Below, one piece after another: positions 1-9,000 of a stretch of DNA of 16,335 bases (the stretch's first letter is position 1; each line of letters begins with the position of its first letter). This stretch comes from an uncultured bacterium. GTDB taxonomy: Bacteria > Abyssobacteria > SURF-5. The notes beneath the pieces are model-generated. The model was not told where the DNA came from. It saw only the letters and a program-made list of their open reading frames with translations, and searched no databases. The DNA lies in assembly GCA_964607485.1 (NCBI GenBank), contig CAZSKP010000031.1, positions 34,172-50,506 of the forward strand, written 5' to 3'. The position numbers were made by a program, and so were the translations under genes.

Positions 1-2
1 AA

Positions 3-3000
3 GGAGCGGCGCTCAGCCAGGCCGGCGCCACAGCGGAGGCGGCGGCCACCGGAATCGACGGGAACGCAGGCGCCGACGCAATCACGAATGACTCCTCCTC
101 GATCTCCGCAGACGTAACTGCAATTGCGACGACCGTCGATGTGGGCGCCGCTATTACGGTCACCCCTGACGGAAACGTTTCGGGCGCCTCCCTGAGCGAC
201 ACCAGCGCCGCTGCCACTGGGACGGCCACAGGCATCGACGGCAGCGCGGGCGCCGATGTGATCACAAATGAGGGCGATGTTGGACTTCTCGCGGTCTCCG
301 AGGCGACAGCAGTCGGTGTCGAGCTGACGATTGCCGGCAGCGTAGAAGGCGCAGCCGACGGAACAGCGCTGAGCGATGCGAGCGGAACGGCCAACGCGGG
401 TGTCATCGGCATTGACGGAGGCGATGGCGACGACACAATTACAAACACGGCGAATATCCTTGGCGGTGCGAACGCCACCGCGACGGCGGTCGATGTGGGC
501 GCAGAGATAACCGTGGCCGAAGGCGGCGCCACGTCGGGTTCTTCTCTGAACGACACCTCCGTTACGGCCAATGCAGCGGCCACCGGCATCAGCGGCGGCG
601 TGGGCAGGGACGATATCGAGAACACGGGCAATATCAATCTGCTGGCGAACTCGGAGGCAACGGGAGTGTCGGTTTCCCTCACAATCGACGGCGCGTCGGA
701 TGGCGGTGCTGAGGGGACAGCGCTGAGCGATTCGAGCGCGACGGCGAACGCCGCGGCCACGGGAATAAACAGTCGTGCAGATGAGGACACTATCCTGAGC
801 GACGGCGGCCTCATCGAGCTTGAGGCGGCCTCACACGCCACGGGTGTAGCGGCTTCTCTCAGCATCGCAGGCAGCGTCGCCTTCGAGGATGGAGCGGAAA
901 CGACCGTCTCGGGCGCGGCGGTCAGCGACTCGAGCGCGACAGCGAACAGCACGGCCACCGGGATCAACGGAGGCGATGGCGCAGATGACATCACCAACGG
1001 GACGTCGATCCTGGCCAACGTGAATTCAACCTCGTCGGCCGTTTCAGTGAGCGGGACCGCAGCGTTCGATGTCGGCAATAATGTCGAAGCCGGCGGAGAA
1101 GTCAGCGGAGCCGCTTTGAGCGATTCGAGCGCCACGGCAAACGTGAAAGCCATGGGAATCGATGGTGGCGCAGGCGACGACGCAATCCGGAACGAGGGCG
1201 CGATCACGTTGATGTTAAGGGAGAGCAATGAGAACGACGAACCGGACGCAAGCGCGACCAGCGTGGCGGTTGGATTGAGTATTGCGGGGAAAGTCTCCTA
1301 CACAAGCGCTGAAGAAGGGGAAGTTTCAGAGGCCGAGCAGGATGCAAATGGTGGCAGCGTCAAGGGGAAGGCCCTGAGCGACTCGAGCGCCACCGCGAAT
1401 GCCAGAGCCATTGGCATTGCAGGCGGTAGTGGCTCGGACGATATGAGCAACGCGGCGGCTATCGCTGCCGACGTGGGCTCCACCGCGACGGCGGTCTCGG
1501 TCAGCGGGAGCGCGGCATTTGACGTCGGGATAAACGTGGAAACGAGCGGTGATGTCTCAGGCTTCGCCCTGAGCGATTCGAGCGCCACGGCAAATGCAGG
1601 AGCCATGGGAATCGGTGGCGGCGCCGGAGACGATTCGATCGGGAACGACAGTACGGGGACGGTCACTCTCTCGTCGGAGGCGACTGCGACGAGCGTGGCA
1701 GTCGGGTTGAACGTTGCGGGAAAGGTCGCTTACAAGAGCGGCGAAGAAGAAGAATCCTCGGAGACTGAGGCCGAAGCCGACGGAAGCAGCATCAAGGGAG
1801 CTGCGCTGAGCGATTCGAGCGCCACGGCCAATGCGAGAGCCATTGGCATTAACGGCGGCGAGGGCACGGACGACATCGCCAATAAGGCGGCTATTGCTGC
1901 TGACGTGGATTCCACTTCGACTGCCGTCTCGGTGAGCGGGAGCGCGGCCTTTGACGTCGGAATAAACGTGGAGACCAGCGGTGATGTCACCGGTGCCGCC
2001 TTGAGCGATGCGAGCGCCAGGGCAAATGCAGGAGCCATGGGAATCGGCGGCGGCGGCGGAGACGATTCGATCGAGAACGACAGCACGGGGACAATCACTC
2101 TCTCCTCGGAGGCGACTGCGACGAGCGTGGCAGTCGGCCTGAATGTTGCGGGGAAGGTCGCTTACAAGAGCGGCGAAGAAGAGGAAGATTCAGAGACTGA
2201 GGCCGAGGCCGATGGGAGCAGCATCAAGGGAGCCGCGCTGAGCGATTCGAGCGCCACGGCCAACGCCAACGCCATCGGCATAAGCGGAGGCGACGGCGCA
2301 GATAACATCACGAATAGGGCAGCCATCCTTACTGACGTGGATTCCACTTCGACTGCCGTCTCGGTGAGTGGGAGCGCTGCGTTCGATGTTGGTATCAACG
2401 TCGATGCCACGGGTGATGTAGCAGGAATGGCGCTGAGCGATGCGAGCGCCACGGCGACTACGGCGACAACCGGGATCGATGGTCGGGTCGGGGATGACAC
2501 AATTCAAAACGATGCCACGGGGACAATCGTTCTCACGTCGGACGCAGACGCGACGGGCGTGGCGGTTGGTTTGAACGTCTCGGGGAAAGTGGCCTACAAA
2601 GGCGACGCCACCGGGAGCGTCTCAGGCGCAGCGTTGAGCGATACGAGCGTCGTGGCCGATGCGGCTGCTGCGGGCATCGACGGCGGCGAAGGCTCCGACG
2701 ACATCACCAACGATGCGACCATCGCAGCTAGTGCGGGAGCTGATGCGACGGGTGTCTCAGTGAGCGCCGAGGCCGCTGTCGGAGTTGCGTTCAAGGGCGA
2801 TGCGGAGTTGGACGTTTCCGGCGCCGCGGTGAGCAAAGCCAGTACCACGGCGAATACGGCAGCCGCAGGCATCGACGCGGGCGAAAACGATGACGCGGTG
2901 AACAACACCGGCTACATCAGCGTCTCTTCCGACTCCGACGCGACGGGCGTGGCCGCGGGGTTAGACTTTACCGCGGCGGTTGCCATCGAGGGCGACGTAA

Positions 3001-6000
3001 AGGCGAACGTCGAGGGGGCGGCATTGAACGACGCCAGCGTGACAGCCGCTGCATCGGCCACCGGGATCGATGGCGGCGAGGGCGATGACGCCATCGTCAA
3101 CGAAAAGGTAGAAGGTGTCGACAACACGGGAAAGATTAAGGCCGTGGCGGAATCCGACGCGGTCGCCGTAGCGGCATCGCTTGATATCGCCGGCACGCTG
3201 TCGTTCAAGGGCAACACTGAAGCGGGAGTCGGAGGCACGGCGGTGAGTGACTCGAGCGTAACGGCGAGCGCCGACGCCGCCGGAATTCGTGGCGACACGG
3301 GCGACGACGAAATTGACAATGCAGGCGATATCGAGCTTCTGGCGAATTCAGACGCGACGGGAGTGGCTGCGGGTCTGAACGTTGCGGCTGCCCTCACATT
3401 CAAGGGCGCCGCTGACGCAGATGTCACGGGTGAAGCGGTGAGCAAGGCCGATGTTGCGGCGAACGCTGAGGGCATCGGAATCGACGGCGGCGAGGGGAAC
3501 GACATAATCCGCAACGATGGAGACATTACCGTAATGAAGGGTCCGGAAGCAATCGACGCGAGCGCGACGGGAGTGGCCGCCTCTTTGAACATTACGGGTA
3601 ATGTCGCCATTAAGGGCGTCTCAATGGGCAGCGTATCGGGGTCCGCGATGAGCGAGGCCGTCGTCGACGCAAACGCGGCCGCCACCGGAATCAGCGGCGG
3701 CACGGGAGACGACACGATCGAGAATACGGGGGACATCGAGCTTCTGCCGGAATCGGACGGGTTGGGCGTAGCCGCCTCGTTGAATGTCACCGGCAACATG
3801 ATCGGAGAAGCCTCGGGCTATTCAGGGACCGACTCAAGCGTCACCGCCTCCGCGATCGCTATCGGAATCGACGGCGGCGAGGACAACGATACGATTACCA
3901 ACGACGGCGCCATCACCCTGATGAAGCAGGAGGAGTGGCAAGACGAAATCGACGCGAATTCGGAGAGTTATGCGGCAAGCCTGGATATCACGGGAACGAT
4001 GAACGGGAGCACTGAAGGGAAAGCGCTGAGCAAGGCAACGAGCGAAGCGATTGCAACTGCCATCGGAATCGACGGCGGCTCCGGCATAGATGACATCACG
4101 AACAGGGCAACGATTTCCGGCGACGTCGATTCCTCTGCAACGGCATTGTCGATAAGTGCGAACATCTCTGTCACTGGCAACGGTGTCGCCGAAGGCGCCG
4201 CGTTGAGCGACGCCAGCGCGATGGCAAGTGCGACCGCCAAAGGGATTGACAGCGGCGACGACTCGGACGAAATCGACAATGCGGGCGAGATCGACATGAG
4301 CGCTTCTTCAGAGGCGGATTCAACAGCCGTCAGCGTGAGCCTGACGGCATCGATGCGAGGCGTCGCGGAAGGAAACGCCATGGCCGACGGCTCGGCCGAG
4401 GCCACATCTTACAGCGCGGGGATTGACGGTGGCGCGGGAAACGACACGATTACCGCCTCGGCCCACAACATCACGACCAACGCCGAGTCCTCCGCGGACG
4501 CGACGAGCGTTACCGTCAGTGGAGGGGGTACCGTCGGGCTCACAACGGGCGCATCGGTCTCGGATTCCGGAGCCACTGGAGAAGCATACGCCATCGGCAT
4601 CGATGGCGGCTTGGGAAATGACACCATCACAACCGCAAGCGAGATTCAGGCAACCTCGAAGGCGAATGCGGACTCGGATGCTACAACGGTAGACGTGAAA
4701 ATCGGGGCCGGCGTCGTGGGAGGCTATGGTCTGGCGGATTCTTCGGCGACTGCGACGGCAAACTCAACCGGCATCGATGGCGGCGACGGCGCCGACATCA
4801 TTACGAACACGGGAGATATAACCGCAGGGGCTGATCCGCTGGATCTTGATCCTATGGCGTTGGCGACTGCTGGAAGCACGAACGTGACCGTCGGTGTCGC
4901 GGCCGGGCTGAACGGAGGAGATGCCGCATCGAAGTCGACGGCCATCGCGGAAGCGAACGCTCTGGGCATCGGCAGCGGCTCGGGCGCTGACACAATCATC
5001 AACGACGGCGCGCTTACCATCGCTGCAAATCCTCTGGATGCCCAACCTCTGGCACACGCAGAGGCCGACAGCACGACGGTCAGTATCGGCATCACAATAG
5101 GGGCCAACAATGGAACGGCCGCGTCGGACTCCTCGACCATCGCGAGAATGACCGCAACGGGCATAGACAGCGGGTCGGAAGGCGATACCATAATCAACAA
5201 AGGCGCAATTGCGGTGGGGACCGATCCCGAGGTGGCATCGGCGAAAATGGCATACGCAAGCGCCAGCAGCACGACCGTGGACGTCGGTATCACACTGGGG
5301 GCCGATCTCGGAGCGACTTCGGCGGAGGCGTCGGCAGTCGCAGAGGCAACCTCCACCGGCATAAGCAGCGGCGGGGGCGATGATTCTATCGTCAACGAAG
5401 AGGTAGAGGGTGTTGAGAATAGCGGGGTAATCAACGTAGGCTCCAGCTCCCTCGCCACGTCGAGCGCCACGGCCCACGAGGTCAAGTGCTCATTTGGCGT
5501 ATCGGACGGGAACGCGCAATCGGGCGCGGCCACTCTCTCAAGCGCAAGCGCTGTGGGAATCGACAGCGGAGCGGGAGTTGACGAAATCTCAACCGAGGGC
5601 GCGATGACTGTGAAGGCATTCTCGGAGGGCATTGCCGCAGCCAAGACGAATACTCTCAACTTCTTGAGCGTTGGCGCGAATCTCCAGTCGGCTGAGGCAA
5701 ACAGCTCGGCGACCGCAGAAGCGCTGGCGCTGGGAATCGACGGCGGCGCGGACAACGATACAATCGCGGCCGAGGGCACGCTGAGCGTCACGGCGGATGC
5801 CGATGTGAGGGGCAGCGCCCGCTCATCCGTCATACAAGGCTTGGGACTCGGCGTAAATGTGTTGGAGTCGCAATCCACGGCGGCGACAGAGGCAACCTCG
5901 ATGGCCGTCGGAATCGATGGCGGCGCCGGGAACGACTTGATCATCAATGACGCAGCGATGTCTCTGACTTCATCCTCCAACGCTGTCACTTCGGCAATTT

Positions 6001-9000
6001 CGTCGAGCAACAGTGGATTCAATCTGGTTGGAGCCAGCTTCGCCGAGGCAGCGGCCAACGCTTCAACCTCGGTCACAGCCGATGGCACCGGAATTGCGGG
6101 CGGCGAGGGAATCGACGAGATTACCAGTAACGAGGCAATTTCGGTTGGCGCCTTTTCGACGGGCATCGTCTCTGCAACGTCGTCGGTCGGCGCCGTTACT
6201 TTCGCGGGTTCCGCCGGCGGAAAAGCTCTGTCGGATGCGTCGGCTCGCCTCAAAGCTTCGGCAACGGGAATCGACGGGGGCGGCGCGGATGACACGATTA
6301 CGAGCAACGACTCTGTTGCCGCGACAGCCGTCTCCAGCGGCACGGTCAGTTCGTCATCGAAAGCGGACGCGGACGTCGTATTCGGCAGCGCCTCGACCAA
6401 GACGGTATCGGATTCTGCCGCAGTGGGGGCGGCAGAGGCGGCCGGAATCTCCGGCGGCGAGGGAAGCGATACAATAACGAGCTTCGACTCGGTAGATGCC
6501 AGCGCAGAAGCCAATCTTCTTGTCACGGCGTCGTCGGTATCCGTTTCAAATGCCACGTTCGGCAGCGCCTATGCCTCTGCTGCATCCAGAGCCTCTTCCG
6601 AGGCGAACACCGAGGCGACAGGGATAAGCGGCGGCGCAGGAAACGACCTCATCCTGAGCGAAGGCGCGATCAACTCGAGGGCGACCTCGACTACCACAGT
6701 GCTCCAAACGACTGTGGCAAAGGCAAACGCCACGTTCGGCAGCGCACACACACTGGCCACCTCATCCACGACTGTCACCGGCAGGTCCGCCGCGGCGGGC
6801 ATTTCCGGCGGCGAGGGCGCTGACATCATCACGAGCGATGGGCCGATCACCGTCGAATCAGGCAACACAGTGAACACGGGAATCTTTGTCAAGAGCAGCA
6901 GTGGACCGGCCAAACTGGACGCGCGGACACTCGCCGTCCTTCACGCGGCGGGCATCGACGCGGGCGCCGACAACGACACCATCGAAAGCACGGACACGAT
7001 TCTCGTGAAGGGCGTCCCGCGGATCAACTCATTCACTCGCAACTTCGGCAGCAACGTCCAGGGCCGCGTGGGCGTCAATCTGACGAGCGATGTAAAGGGA
7101 ATCATTGGCGGCGGGGGCGACGATACGATCGTCAGCGAGGGAGATATTCTGGTCCTTGCAGGAAGCCCGGAGACCGAGTCAACGGTGACCGGGGATTCCG
7201 CGGGAGGGTCTAACACATTTACCGACGCCGCGCTCATTGGAGAAGACGCGGATGAGCTGGTAGGAAAATGGATTCGCGTTCCCGGGGACGGGACTCCCGA
7301 CTTCATCACGCGTGTGGAGGCATTCGATTCCGCTACGGGTGAGATGACGTTACGAGACGCAATAGAATACGACCTTGCGGCAGGAGCTGCGTACACCCTG
7401 CTCGACTTCGGCAGCAAGACGCCCGACGTAGCTACGTTGAGCATTACGGTCGGCGGCTATGTCGCCGTCGATGCCTCTACGACGGCCTCCGTGAATGCCA
7501 CGGGGATCGACGGAGGCGACGGTTACAACGACATCACGAATGTAGCGCCGGTTTTGGTCAGGGCGCGCAACGCCATTCAGGCGGGCAGCGTCACCGTTGC
7601 CGGAAACATTAATGCGGACATGAACACCGAAGCCGCAGCGAACGCCGTCGGCATCGCCGGGGCCGACAGAGCGGTTCAATCGAATGTCTTCGACGACAGT
7701 GAAGCGGGAACAACGTCGTTCATCGACAAGGGGCTGATAGGCGAGGACCCCAACTCGATCGTGGGAAAACAAATACGTGTCGATACCGGCGCATCCGCGG
7801 GTTTCGTGACGGTTGTGGAAGCGTACGATGATCTCACGGGCGCGCTCACGCTGCGCGATCCGATCCCGGCAGGAGGCATTGCCGGCGGGGATGCATACAC
7901 GTTGCTGAGCGAGGGAACCGCCGCGGTCACGAACCTGGGCGAAATCGATACCGAAGCGGGCGCGACCATAGACGCCAGCAATTGGTACATCAGCTACTGG
8001 GGCGATGCGAATGTCGAGACCATGGGTCGCGCGCAAGCATCTTCCGATGGCATGCTCGGCGGGGACCTTAACGATTCCTTTGTGAATTTCGCGCCTATTA
8101 TCGCGCGTTCGACGGCCTCCGTTTCGTCGACGGAGCGAGTAACGGCCGATTTCGGCAGCGAAATCCAGCAAGAAATATCCTTTGAGGCCGTCAGCGATTC
8201 CAGAGGAATATCCTCCGGGGCCGGGGACGATACAGTCATCAACACGGAAGGCACACTGGTCGACGTTGAAGCCGCCTCCGTCGCCGATGTCTCGGGCGTA
8301 ACGACCACCTGGACGGATCCCTTCCTTCCAGAGCAGGCAACAACCGTGAACCTGTCCGACGCTCTGGCCGATTCGACTGCCGTGGGGCTTGACCTAGGGA
8401 CGGGAAACAATACCGCATACAACTATGGCGACCTCCGGATAGTGGCCGACGCGGCTGCCGGAGCGACCGCGATATCCGACTTCGGCCTCTTTAACGAAAC
8501 CAATGCGGACGCCGATGCCACTGCCATAGCGACAGCATCGGGAATCTCTGCCGGAGACGACGACGAAGTGTCCAACAGCGGGCTCATCGATGTGGACGCG
8601 AGCGCCGCGGCAACCTCATTCGCCCAGGGCTCCAAGGTCGGCGGAGACGGACAGTCGGCCGCCACCGAAGATAGCTCGAGCGGATCGCACACATTCATCG
8701 ACGAATCGCTTATACCTGAACAGGGCGAACTCCCGATTCCGATCGTAGGGAGATGGGTACGCTTCCTCTCGGGCAATAACCTGGACTTCTACACACTTGT
8801 GGTGGCGTTTAACCCTGATACGGGCGAACTCACCCTGCTCAATCCGCTCCCGGCAAATCTGTCGGAAGGCGATCTGTACACGTTCTCACTCGCCAGAGAC
8901 GGCAGCTCGACGTCGGTCGCAACGGCTACTGCAACCGGCATTGACCTGCACGACGCTGGCAACGACGCGGTGGTGGAGAACGATGCGGAAATCCGTGTGA

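Noticed and set aside
141-143. GTG start proposed by the ORF track for the giant protein
   Set aside because: The frame is open and repeat-like back to position 3, and there is no RBS or signal peptide at 141.
920-2600. CRISPR array, DGR template/variable repeat pair or assembly duplication
   Set aside because: The repeats are in-frame coding blocks without unique spacers. Differences are not adenine-specific and no reverse transcriptase is present. The copies have diverged, largely synonymously.
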